Assembly: GCA_030550585.1 (NCBI GenBank)
Contig: JAUQPB010000004.1
Span: 1-64,000 of the forward strand
DNA: 64,000 nucleotides
DNA from: Thermoproteota archaeon
Lineage (GTDB): Archaea; Thermoproteota; Thermoprotei_A; Sulfolobales; Ignisphaeraceae
Reading direction: 5' to 3'
Part shown: in pieces, positions 40,551-50,477 of the stretch
How the letters are laid out: each line of letters begins with the position of its first letter
Numbering within the stretch: the stretch's first letter is position 1
Translations under genes and position numbers: made by a program
Notes under the pieces: model-generated
The model's database searches: none
Seen by the model: only the letters and a program-made list of their open reading frames with translations
What the model was told of the DNA's origin: nothing

Positions 40551-40813
40551 TGAGCTCCCTATACCTGAGAACTGTTAAATAATGTTCATTCTCAGCAACT
40601 AGATGTTTAATAGTGATGATAAACATCATTATCAATTTCTCTTTAAGCAGACCCTTCTACACATGAGTGAGTCTATATCTTGATTGGTCTAACAGAAATA
40701 TGATTTTATTTGCTGTAGTTTGCGAAATCTCTTAGATGTTAGTTGCAAAGGTTCTGATAGTTGATGGATTTTTAACAGCTTTTGCTTATATATGGAAAAA
40801 TGCGTATAAGGTT

Positions 40814-42223
40814 TTATACAACAACAGTTTTTATTCCAAGGAGTTTTGCTGCATCTGCAAGGGGTTTTACATAGTCTCCGTATATCATGCTTGCGTGGTG
40901 TACAAAGCCCTCTTCTATTAGTGTTCTATACACTTTGTCTAGATCCTCCACCTCTACCCATACCCAGCTACCTCTAAAGCTTGGCTTCTCATCTTCTAGC
41001 GCCCTACCTCTGGTTATGAACAGCTTGAATTCTCCATCGTATTCAACAAGTCTCGATATTGTTACAACACCTGGTTTGAGCCTCCCCTCAAAGGTTCCAT
41101 ATGCTCTCTCAACACCGACATCTCTATACATTATGCTGTGGTACATCAATGAACATCTACCGGCACATAGAGCTGGTGGGGCATTTCCACAGTGCCATGC
41201 CAGAAACACATTTGGTTTTTCTGGGTGTTTGATTGTCCAGTCTATGAAGAATGGTGGTGTTTGTTCAAGCGATGCCGCGTACTGCATTATCATTGTCAAA
41301 ACCCCGTAGACATCAACCTCGCATGCTGTCATTATGCCGCTTTGTGTTAGTCTGGCCATTGCATGGCACGGCGAAATGCCATAGTATCTCTGTATCTCTG
41401 TCCAGCATCTAAAGCCGATGCCACTAAGCTTCTTCGACTCTGCAAATCTTCTCAATACAAGCTCTAGCTTAGCTATCTTGAGGAGCGCTTCTTTGGGAAT
41501 TTGCGAAGCATCTGCATAGCTTGTAATCTCGCTTACTATTCTCTGAACAGCTGGATCACTATCGCTAAGCTTCTTAGCCTCTTCAACAACTTCAAGCAGT
41601 GTTGCATGAACAACTCTCTGCTTGAACTTCTCAGCCATTTTAGCCTCATTAAATGTTACAGTCTCGAACCTCTCTGGCCTCGGACCCACAATTCCGACTC
41701 TAGCCCCAACAAACCTCCTATATATGGAGACAACCCTGATGAAGTTGTCGAAACTGTCTACAAACTCCTTGTCCTCTGGAAACACAATACCTCCGAACAG
41801 AAATGGTATCTTCCTTCTATACAAAGCCGAGGCTAGGGATAATGTGCCACAGAAAGAATCGGATCTCCTAAACCCGCCAGGAAGAGTCTCAGGCTCTTTA
41901 GTAGCAAAGACAATTATCGGCAAACCCCTAAACTCCTCAGCTACCCTAGCACCGGCAAGCTCATCCCCAAAGGTAAGAGTTGATAGCACTATCCCCTCAA
42001 CACCCCTCTCCCTAAAAAGCTTTACAACCCTCTCAGCATCCTCATCATCTGTAACCAACCCCATCTTAGTGTCCTTCTCACTAGGATAAACAACCTCGAC
42101 AAAACCCCCAAACCTCTGCTCAACAACACTGACAAACCTCTTCTTCAGCTCCTGAGCCCACAGCTCGTCAAATGGATATCGATGCAGAGGGACAAACCCG
42201 ATCTTTATCCTTTCCAAAACCAC
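40814..42223 (-). CDS. L-fucose/L-arabinose isomerase family
   Basis: TFGDE, DSFCG, RCWTE, ACEVDVYG, WHCGN, HHASM. Confidence 0.9.
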   Translation of the reverse strand: MVLERIKIGFVPLHRYPFDELWAQELKKRFVSVVEQRFGGFVEVVYPSEKDTKMGLVTDDEDAERVVKLFRERGVEGIVLSTLTFGDELAGARVAEEFRGLPIIVFATKEPETLPGGFRRSDSFCGTLSLASALYRRKIPFLFGGIVFPEDKEFVDSFDNFIRVVSIYRRFVGARVGIVGPRPERFETVTFNEAKMAEKFKQRVVHATLLEVVEEAKKLSDSDPAVQRIVSEITSYADASQIPKEALLKIAKLELVLRRFAESKKLSGIGFRCWTEIQRYYGISPCHAMARLTQSGIMTACEVDVYGVLTMIMQYAASLEQTPPFFIDWTIKHPEKPNVFLAWHCGNAPPALCAGRCSLMYHSIMYRDVGVERAYGTFEGRLKPGVVTISRLVEYDGEFKLFITRGRALEDEKPSFRGSWVWVEVEDLDKVYRTLIEEGFVHHASMIYGDYVKPLADAAKLLGIKTVVV

Positions 42224-42336
42224 TCACCAAATTTTATCATATATAATGAGAGTCTTTTTAAGTTTTTCTGAAATATTATATAAGGTTGTATTGAGTTAAA
42301 AAATAAGTTTTTGCAAAAACGTATTACAAGTTTTCC

Positions 42337-42783
42337 TTAAGATCTAAATATTAGTGTTCTTCTCGATAAGTCAACAATCACAGCTATAACCAGTATCAAT
42401 GCTGTTGCTACATCTTGCCAATAAGGCGAAATCCCTATGAATACTATACCAGTTCTAGCAATTGACACAAGTAATGCTCCGAGTACGGCATTGAAGGCAT
42501 TTCCTTCGCCTCCAGCTAGACTTACACCTGCCAATGCACAAGACGCAACTGCCAAGAGTTCCTGTCCTGAGGCTATGTCTGCGTAACCAGATGCTATTAG
42601 CCCCGCATATATCATTCCAGCTATGCTAGCCATGGCACCAGAGTACGCAAATGCAAATATCCTCGCTTTATGTATTGGTATGCCAGCAACTCTAGCAGCC
42701 TCTAGGTTACCACCTATAGCATAGAGGTATCTTCCTATGGCAGTCCTCTGCTGAATGAATATATATGAGAACAGGTATACAGT
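42337..42783 (-). pseudogene. Sugar ABC transporter permease (RbsC-like), 5'-truncated
   Basis: Open frame reads ..YIFIQQRTAIGRYLYAIGGNLEAARVAGI..GVSLAGGEG..SPYWQ..; only the C-terminal half is present. Confidence 0.8.
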
Positions 42784-43889
42784 TCATGCCTATAAATCCT
42801 CTTTACCAACTTTATGCCATGGTCAAAGATAATTCCTCTTCGCTTAAAGCAGCAAAAACCTTTTTGATGATGCCGGACCTGTTCAATTATTGGTTATCAG
42901 GTGTTATAGCATCTGAGTACACAGATGCTTCTACAACTCAGTTTCTTGATCCATGGTCAAAGAAATGGGCCTTTGATTTGCTAGAGGAAATAGGGTTTCC
43001 AACAGATATATTTCCCAATATTATTGAACCTGGAACAAGACTAGGTGAAGTGAGCTCTAGTCTTGCAGAGGAACTGGATATACCAAGAAGCATAGCTGTC
43101 ATTGCACCAGCTACACATGATACCGCATCAGCTGTTGCAGCTTCTCCAATAGAAGATGACTCTGCTTATATAAGTTGTGGTACATGGAGTTTAGTTGGCA
43201 TAGAGGTGCCTAGCCCAATAATAAATAGAAAGGCTATGGAATATAACTTTACCAATGAGGGAGGCATTTTCAATACAATTAGATTTCTAAAGAACGTCCA
43301 GGGAATGTGGTTCCTACAAGAGATAAAACGTGCACTCGCACTAAAAGGAGAGGATTACTCATATGAGGAACTAACAAAAATGGCTGCAGAAGCAAAAGGA
43401 TTCATAGGATTTATTGACCCGGACGACCCAAGATTCTTAGCACCAACAAATATGGTTGAAGAAATCATGAAGTTTCTTGAAGAGACAAAGCAAAACAAGC
43501 CTAGGAACATCGGTGAGCTGGTACGTCTAGTTTTAGAAAGTCTTGCAATGAAATATAGATTCGTTATAGAAAGGCTGGAAGATATATCAGGAAAGAAGAT
43601 AAGAAAGATCAACATTGTTGGAGGAGGATCAAGAAACTGGTTACACAATCAACTAGTAGCAGACTTTACAAACAAAGTTGTTGTGTCAGGGCCAGAGGAA
43701 GCCACATCAATAGGCAATATGCTTACACAGCTAGTTGGTTTAGGCTACATAAAATCATTAAAAGAGATTAGAGAATATGTGAAAAACTCATTTAATCTAC
43801 GAACATTCGAGCCTCAGCATAGCAATAAACATGATGACATGTACTCATCTTTTCTAGATATGCTAGAGAAGCTTGGCAGAATAAAGTGA
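42765..43889 (+). pseudogene. rhaB: Rhamnulokinase/FGGY sugar kinase, 5'-truncated
   Basis: Begins at internal motif RTGIQFMPIN; THDTASA, SCGTWSL, TNEGG, GGGSRN; N-terminal DxG ATP-binding region absent, in-frame stop at 42756-42758. Confidence 0.8.
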
Positions 43890-43974
43890 TATATCTTAAC
43901 ATTTTAGCATTTTATAACACTTTGTTGAAAGCTTATTAAAACTGGGCTATTATCAATATGGTTTGTGACAGATT

Positions 43975-44583
43975 ATGAACCAACATAACGTTAGCGAGAA
44001 AGATAAGGTTAAGCGACAAATATGTGAAGCTCTTAGAATGATGTATCTAAAGGGGTTGATAACGCCACTTACAGGCAATATCAGTGTTAGGGTAGATGAG
44101 AAGACCATTGTTATGACACCATCAGCATTTGTTCCAACTATAAGGCTAAAGTATGAGCTCAAGCCTGAGGATCTGGTTGAGGTTGATATAGAGGGTAATG
44201 TGATTAGTGGTGGAAGACCTACAACAGAGCTGCCAATGCATTTAGCTATCTATAGAAGCTGTAGCAAGTGCAAAGCTGTTGTGCATATACATGGGGTTTA
44301 CTCTCCGCTTATATCGGAAAAGGATATGGGGAATCTGTTTTTAGATACGGAGCTGAAGTACATTCTCAAGCCTAGGATATGTCTAGTGAAGGAGCTTATC
44401 CCAAGGACAACGGATTTGGCTGACGCTGTTGCCAAGAAGGTTGCCGAGGGCTGTGAGATAATATATTTGGAGGGGCATGGCGTTGTAACAGTCTCTGACA
44501 GCCTTGGCATGGCTCTCGAGCTTGCGGAGTTGGCAGAGGTTATTGCGACCAGAACTGTTTTCCACAAGATAATGCTGAAATGA
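43975..44583 (+). CDS. Class II aldolase/adducin family (fuculose/rhamnulose-1-P aldolase-like)
   Basis: GNISVR, TPS, PTTELPMH, VHIH, EGHG. Confidence 0.88.
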   Translation: MNQHNVSEKDKVKRQICEALRMMYLKGLITPLTGNISVRVDEKTIVMTPSAFVPTIRLKYELKPEDLVEVDIEGNVISGGRPTTELPMHLAIYRSCSKCKAVVHIHGVYSPLISEKDMGNLFLDTELKYILKPRICLVKELIPRTTDLADAVAKKVAEGCEIIYLEGHGVVTVSDSLGMALELAELAEVIATRTVFHKIMLK

Positions 44584-44642
44584 GGTTATTGTAACAAGAA
44601 TTTTCTTGAATATTTATTATTTGTTTTGCCAAACCACTACAT

Positions 44643-45887
44643 GTGATTTACTTGAATAAGACCCTGCTGGCATTGGCCACAGCATTTGTTTTAATAGTTT
44701 TGGTCGTGGCAATACTGGTACAATACACATACCCAGACCTTGTGAAGCGAAAGTCAGTAGCAACAGTTGCAACATCTGTACAGACAGCTTCTACAACTAG
44801 TGTTGCAACAACCGGTTCTCGCTATGCGCAGATACTCTCTCTAGCTAGAGATGTTGAAAATGTTGTTGGGCGTATCAGGAACCTGTCATTCGATAGCAAC
44901 GTTAGTTTCGAGCTTATAAACACTTCATGGGCTTTGAAGCACTGGGCTCCTAGCGAGTCTTCTGAGGTGCCTCCAGAAATTCTGTATAAGGAGATTGTCT
45001 ACAAGCTGACGTTTCTAACACCACTCAACTTCTCTCTGGTCTCAGGTGAGAGGAGCTTCGTTGGGATGTTCTTGGCTGCAACAGCTGGCACAACGATATA
45101 TATAAACACAGATTATTTTGATCCCAACAGTTCTGGGTCCAGAAATGTTCTTGCCCACGAGCTTACACACGTTCTTCAATTCATACACTTTCCAAACATA
45201 TTCTCTGGGGATAACACAACAGATGCTAGCTTAGCTAAACAAGCTCTTATAGAGGGCGATGCTGGGTGGACGCAACATCTGTACTGTGTCAAAACAGGTT
45301 TGTGTACACCATCTCCAAGGACTGGGATAGACCTTGGAAACCCATATATAGCTCTTGTAACGTTTCCATATGTCTATGGAGAGTGGTTCGTTTCATACCT
45401 CTACAACTTGAGTGGTTGGAGCATTGTCAACAAAGCCTATTCCACGCCCCCCATCTCAACATCTATGGTTATGCACCCAGATAGGTATGTTGCCTACCTC
45501 TCCACAGGTGAGAAAGGCTTTGAAGATCCTATCATTGTTTGCAACTGCAGTGGCAGCAGGGTTTATTCTGATAGGCTTGGCGAATACTATGTCATGCTTG
45601 TACTAGCTAGGAGAATAGGTCTAGACAGTGCAATGGAGATAGCATCCAGCTGGGGAGGCGATAGAGTAGAGCTATACAAGACCGAGAACACAACCCATGT
45701 GACATGGACTCTATGCTGGAACATTACATGGAGATCCCAGCAAAGCCTAAACAGATTCTACGAGGTTTTCTCAAATGCTGTAAAGCCCATTGGTGGAGAA
45801 TACAACAATAGCCTACTTGTGGTCGAGACATATCGGGGGGATTCATGGACATTTATAAAATCTGTGTATGTAACAGTGAAGAGGTAG
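44643..45887 (+). CDS. Membrane-anchored extracellular zinc metallopeptidase-like protein
   Basis: N-terminal TM, HELTH..LIEGDA (gluzincin pattern), FPYVYG, WGGD. Confidence 0.75.
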   Translation: MIYLNKTLLALATAFVLIVLVVAILVQYTYPDLVKRKSVATVATSVQTASTTSVATTGSRYAQILSLARDVENVVGRIRNLSFDSNVSFELINTSWALKHWAPSESSEVPPEILYKEIVYKLTFLTPLNFSLVSGERSFVGMFLAATAGTTIYINTDYFDPNSSGSRNVLAHELTHVLQFIHFPNIFSGDNTTDASLAKQALIEGDAGWTQHLYCVKTGLCTPSPRTGIDLGNPYIALVTFPYVYGEWFVSYLYNLSGWSIVNKAYSTPPISTSMVMHPDRYVAYLSTGEKGFEDPIIVCNCSGSRVYSDRLGEYYVMLVLARRIGLDSAMEIASSWGGDRVELYKTENTTHVTWTLCWNITWRSQQSLNRFYEVFSNAVKPIGGEYNNSLLVVETYRGDSWTFIKSVYVTVKR

Positions 45888-45901
45888 GGGCTGGATATGC
45901 C

Positions 45902-46786
45902 ATGAGAAACGCTTTAATCCTTTCAATACTAGTGCTTTTGTTTCTGCTCCCGGCTCTGCAAGCACAAAGCGAATTTGTTTATAGGGTTGGCGATTGGATT
46001 GAATATGGAGTTCTATTTGAGATTGGATCTGCAAGATGCTTCTACATCCTAAGACTTGAGATAGAAAATGTTAGTAGCCAGGTTGTTAGCTACTCGCTGG
46101 GGATAGCAGACACCATTTTTAATAGCAGTCTATGCAATTCTGTAACAGACTTGCTTGTAACAGCAATCTACTTTGAGACTAGATACCCCATAAACACAAG
46201 CACCTCCACACCGGAAAGCAGATACATGATAATATCCCCGAGATACACAGGAAACTACACAGTCGACGACATGTCTTTGCAATACTACAAAGGTGTGCTT
46301 GTATCGGCAGAGGCTTTGCTGAAAACGCCTTTTGCAGGAACACAAAAGATATTCATAGTCAATACTAGCATAGATGAGCTAAGAAGATTTGTAAAAACCC
46401 CTCCAGAGATAGAAACCCCAAGAATTGTTATAACACATGTGGTGTATACACCAACAACAGTGTTCAACACATTAACACAAACAATTGAAACAACACATAC
46501 ATACACAACTCAAACAACAGTAACACTAACATCGCCAACAACACTTAGATACACATTGACAACTACAGCCCTAGAAACAACTACAAAGACAGAGACGGTA
46601 TCACTACAAACAACTGTTTCAATGTATCAAACAGTATCGCTAACAGAAACACTAGTAACAACAAAGCCAACGACAATCACACTAACTCAAGTACCTATGA
46701 GAATAGAGTATGCAATAGCAGTTGGAGGCGCAATAGCGATAGTAGCAGTTGTAGTGGGAATTTATATAGGGTATAGAAGAAGGTAG
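45902..46786 (+). CDS. Surface protein with Thr-rich stalk and C-terminal TM
   Basis: Signal peptide, YRVGDWIEY, long T-rich region, TM followed by RRR. Confidence 0.7.
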   Translation: MRNALILSILVLLFLLPALQAQSEFVYRVGDWIEYGVLFEIGSARCFYILRLEIENVSSQVVSYSLGIADTIFNSSLCNSVTDLLVTAIYFETRYPINTSTSTPESRYMIISPRYTGNYTVDDMSLQYYKGVLVSAEALLKTPFAGTQKIFIVNTSIDELRRFVKTPPEIETPRIVITHVVYTPTTVFNTLTQTIETTHTYTTQTTVTLTSPTTLRYTLTTTALETTTKTETVSLQTTVSMYQTVSLTETLVTTKPTTITLTQVPMRIEYAIAVGGAIAIVAVVVGIYIGYRRR

Positions 46787-46879
46787 AGGCAGATCTACTT
46801 AAATCCTCTAATACAATCAGTTGCTGGATATAGCTGGGTTATACAACGCTTTATTAACTATAAGAGAGCTCTTTATATG

Positions 46880-47725
46880 CTAAAGAGCTGATTTTGCATA
46901 AAGATCTAGGGTTCTATTACGATTACTCTCCTCAGACTCGAAAGCGTATCTACATTCAACACCCATTTTATTGCAGGCATCGCGTATTTGTCTAAACAGG
47001 TTGCCCCAGTCATATTCAAGAGCTTTTCTAGCTAGCTGAGATAAGAACCCATCTTTCCACATAAACCTTTTGATCCTCAGCTTATCAAAATAGACAACGC
47101 TTCTAGTCTCTTTTGCTATACTCAAAATTTCTTTGATCTCTGAAACACTGTCGTTGTAGCCTGGTATTATGGGTCCGAAGAAAATCCATGTTTTTATACC
47201 TTCTGAGGCGAGCCTCTTTAGAGCTTCTATTCTTGCAGAGGGCGGCGATGAGAAAACCTCTAGGCTTTTCATAGGCGAGTCATTTTTTGTAGATGTTATC
47301 GTTATCCCCACATCTATATAGCTTCTATACCTCTTCAAAACATCTAGATCTCTTAGAATCAAGGAGCTTTTGGTCTGTATACTGACCTTGAACTCGTTTT
47401 TGACTAGAATCTCAATTGATCTTATGGAGAGTTTGTATAGAGCCTCCACAGGCTGGTAGCCATCAGTTATTGTTCCAAGCCCAACAACACCCTTTCTAAA
47501 CCTCTTAACCTCTCTCTCCAAAACATCCAGAAGATTCTTCTTTACATAGATGACATACCCCCAATTATCAACAACTTCTCGGTTTGGTACATAATCTCTA
47601 GCATAGCAGTAAAGACATCCATGGGAACATCCTATATACGGATTTAGAGCATAGTCCAAATCTGGCAATCCAGACTTTGACAATGCACTCGAAACAGTGG
47701 TTTCAATGATTTTGAGCCTCATCAA
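46880..47725 (-). CDS. Radical SAM protein, SplB-like
   Basis: NPYIGCSHGCLYCYA, TDGYQPVE, IQTKS. Confidence 0.9.
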   Translation of the reverse strand: MMRLKIIETTVSSALSKSGLPDLDYALNPYIGCSHGCLYCYARDYVPNREVVDNWGYVIYVKKNLLDVLEREVKRFRKGVVGLGTITDGYQPVEALYKLSIRSIEILVKNEFKVSIQTKSSLILRDLDVLKRYRSYIDVGITITSTKNDSPMKSLEVFSSPPSARIEALKRLASEGIKTWIFFGPIIPGYNDSVSEIKEILSIAKETRSVVYFDKLRIKRFMWKDGFLSQLARKALEYDWGNLFRQIRDACNKMGVECRYAFESEESNRNRTLDLYAKSAL

Positions 47726-48017
47726 ATCACAGCAACCATTTTAGTTTGCAGACATGTGGTTGAGGCAATACAATATTTTATTAGAAACAGAAACTAACCT
47801 ATTTATACTTTCTGCGGTAATACCCTAACCACATTCCCACCTTTCAATGTTTTGCTTATCTATATACAAAGCATCTTTATTATCCTAGACTGTTGGACAA
47901 CTATTAGGTATCGCTACCGATCCTAGGGCCAACCCCAAGCTTCTAAACCATGGTTATGGAACTTTTTGTGACATGATTAAAAAAAGCCAATTATTTGATG
48001 TTTTATGCTAAGGGCTT

Positions 48018-49166
48018 TTAGATTGTTGCCCCTGGCACAGCAACAAAGTCTCTTATGACCCACTCAATCATCGCTGCCCCATTTGATGACATTGTTCCCC
48101 ACTCTGTTCCTATCTCCCAGTCCAGCAGGTAGTAGTCTGTGATATTGAATGTTGCATAATTTTTAGCGGTTTGTACGAAGAGTGTTGGGTCGTAGGCGAT
48201 CTGCCCGCATTTGACTCCCCAGCCCTTGGGGGCAAAAGCAATGTACTGCCAGCCGCCCCATTCAACACTATCGTGTCTCCAAACCTCAAATGTTGCGTTT
48301 GTCCTCGTTCCGTTGATTACTATTGGTATTGTGACCTCCCCAACCTTTCTGCCTGCTGGGCTGAGGTTCTGTCTATAGACCCAGACCATTATCTCTACAT
48401 CTCCCTTTGCCGGAGCTGTCGCTGGTTTTAGGGCAACGCTCTCTCTTACTATCCATGCATCAGCCGCTATGTTGAATGGCATTGAGGGGTCTATTCTCTC
48501 AACACATATGTAGAAAGATATTGTGAACGGTGTCATGTTGCTTATCTTCATTGGGAATGGCACTCCAAATCCATTGGCGTATCTTCCACCCCATGGCTTC
48601 CTGCCTATGTAGATCTCAGGGTATCCGTTGGTCCACTGCCGCGGGTTTGCATCTGTAATGTTTATCTCTGTTCTAAACTCTCTTTTGATGAGGTCTATTA
48701 CCATCTGTTGAACACCTTTATAGCTGTTTAGATTCCATGGATTAACCTCTGCAAATAGATCTGTAACCCCATCGCCATTGAGGTCAAGCTCTGCTGACGG
48801 CTTCGATGGGTAGCTGAGCACTATCTGGGTTGCCTGGGCAACTGTTTTTGTCACTGTACCCACCACAGTATATGTTATAGTCGTAGCCATCTCTTTTGTG
48901 AATGTGGAATAAAAGGTTTGTGTCACAGTTTGCGTCACACTAAGCTCTGTTGGCAGGAATGTGGTTAGAGTCTCTATAGATGTGAGGGTCACAGTCTCTG
49001 TTTCTGTATATCTATGCTCGACAGGGGTTGTGAAAACAACTGTTTTTGTTGTTGGCTGGCTTGTGAGAGAGCTGTACATATAGCCTCCGGCAAACCCTAT
49101 CACAAGCACTATTACTATAACTGCTATTGTCACCATCCTGCTAGCCATTGCCACCACCCACAACAA
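48018..49166 (-). CDS. Membrane-anchored endoglucanase, glycoside hydrolase family 12
   Basis: EVNPWN, GYPEIYIGRKPW, EIMVW, WEIGTEWG; N-terminal TM and T-rich linker. Confidence 0.9.
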   Translation of the reverse strand: MLWVVAMASRMVTIAVIVIVLVIGFAGGYMYSSLTSQPTTKTVVFTTPVEHRYTETETVTLTSIETLTTFLPTELSVTQTVTQTFYSTFTKEMATTITYTVVGTVTKTVAQATQIVLSYPSKPSAELDLNGDGVTDLFAEVNPWNLNSYKGVQQMVIDLIKREFRTEINITDANPRQWTNGYPEIYIGRKPWGGRYANGFGVPFPMKISNMTPFTISFYICVERIDPSMPFNIAADAWIVRESVALKPATAPAKGDVEIMVWVYRQNLSPAGRKVGEVTIPIVINGTRTNATFEVWRHDSVEWGGWQYIAFAPKGWGVKCGQIAYDPTLFVQTAKNYATFNITDYYLLDWEIGTEWGTMSSNGAAMIEWVIRDFVAVPGATI

Positions 49167-49212
49167 TACTGTGGGGTCGAGGACAATTTAAATTTATTCA
49201 ACAAGTTTATCA

Positions 49213-50457
49213 ATGCAAACACCACCAACTATTTTAACTTTTCAAGGACGGTTATACGATCTTGAACCACCATATAATGTGGGTAAGCATATGCCAGAAC
49301 TTGTTATAAATGTCAGCAACTTCATATCACCTCTCTGCTACACAGTACTTAGGCTAGAGCCCTACACAACATGTCCATTCAAATGCGTTTACTGTTACGC
49401 TAGATGGTATATGAAATCCCCTACAAATATTGTTTACCCTAGATACAAAGCTTTAGACATGTTCAGATCATTCGTCAAAAAGGTTTATAGAAGAGGTTTG
49501 AAGCCTATCCCATTTAGGCTCTCAACCCTTGTAGACCCTTTCCCTCCTCACGAGCAACTCTACAGATTCTCTGAAAAAATGCTTAGTGTGGCTAGCGACT
49601 ATGAATACCCACTTATCATAAACACTAAGAGTGTGTATTTTGCCTATGACCCCATAAAAAAGTATTTGCTTGGACTACTGGACAAGAGGCTGGCAATACT
49701 ACAAATATCTGTTTCAGTACTTAGAGAAAGCGTGGCAAGGGTTCTAGAACCTGTTGCACCAGATCCTATAAAGAGGCTGGATGCAGTCAAAGAGCTTGGA
49801 TCTACCGATGTCCCCATAGCTATTCGCTTATCGCCTTTCATACCATTTGCATCACCATCGACTAGAGAGGACATAGAGCAGTTTGCTTTGTTAGCCAAGG
49901 AAGTGGGGGTTAAACACGTTATTGTAGAAACAATCAGGTTTGAGAGTAGTGGTATAGGGGATCTGCTCAGAAGGCTAGGCATAACCAACATTGTTTTTGA
50001 GGGCTATAGCATCAGGGAAGTAGACGGTTTAAAGCCTGTTTCAAGAGCTTCTCTGAAAATAGTTGAGGGCATATATCATATTCTTAGTCGAGAGCTTGAA
50101 AAGCATGGGATAGCGTTTGCAACATGTAAGGAAGGTCTATTCGATTTTCACACAGCTAGCGATTGTTGCGGGGCATACCTATTGAGAGATGCTGCTATCC
50201 GGCTAACACTCTACGATGTTTATAGACACGTTGTAGAGTCTGGCACCAAATCTACAAGCTTTTCGCAGGAAATTGACTTGCTGAGAGATGTTAGCAAAAG
50301 ATACTCTAGGCTTTTCGGCGACGATGTTTCTGTTTATCCAAGAGAGGTTTCAAAGCCTCTGAAAAACCATGAAAAGAAGTTGGTGAGGGTCTTGAGAAAC
50401 AGGGAGCTGCTATCCCATGTCGCTCCGCATCTAGCCAGAAGGATTCTGTCTTCATAG
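49213..50457 (+). CDS. Radical SAM protein, SplB-like
   Basis: EPYTTCPFKCVYCYA, VDPFPP, INTKS, CKE..DCCG. Confidence 0.87.
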   Translation: MQTPPTILTFQGRLYDLEPPYNVGKHMPELVINVSNFISPLCYTVLRLEPYTTCPFKCVYCYARWYMKSPTNIVYPRYKALDMFRSFVKKVYRRGLKPIPFRLSTLVDPFPPHEQLYRFSEKMLSVASDYEYPLIINTKSVYFAYDPIKKYLLGLLDKRLAILQISVSVLRESVARVLEPVAPDPIKRLDAVKELGSTDVPIAIRLSPFIPFASPSTREDIEQFALLAKEVGVKHVIVETIRFESSGIGDLLRRLGITNIVFEGYSIREVDGLKPVSRASLKIVEGIYHILSRELEKHGIAFATCKEGLFDFHTASDCCGAYLLRDAAIRLTLYDVYRHVVESGTKSTSFSQEIDLLRDVSKRYSRLFGDDVSVYPREVSKPLKNHEKKLVRVLRNRELLSHVAPHLARRILSS

Positions 50458-50477
50458 CATTCAAAAATTGTTTAGCT

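Noticed and set aside
40613-40680. GTGATGA with imperfect inverted repeat TGATGAT-AAAC-ATCATTA
   Set aside because: No D box; the repeat is short, AT-rich and imperfect, so it could be chance.
46430-46700. ACA-rich low-complexity tracts as repeat or CRISPR arrays (also 13200-13540, 27460-27670)
   Set aside because: They are Thr codons of surface-protein stalks with no fixed repeat-spacer periodicity.
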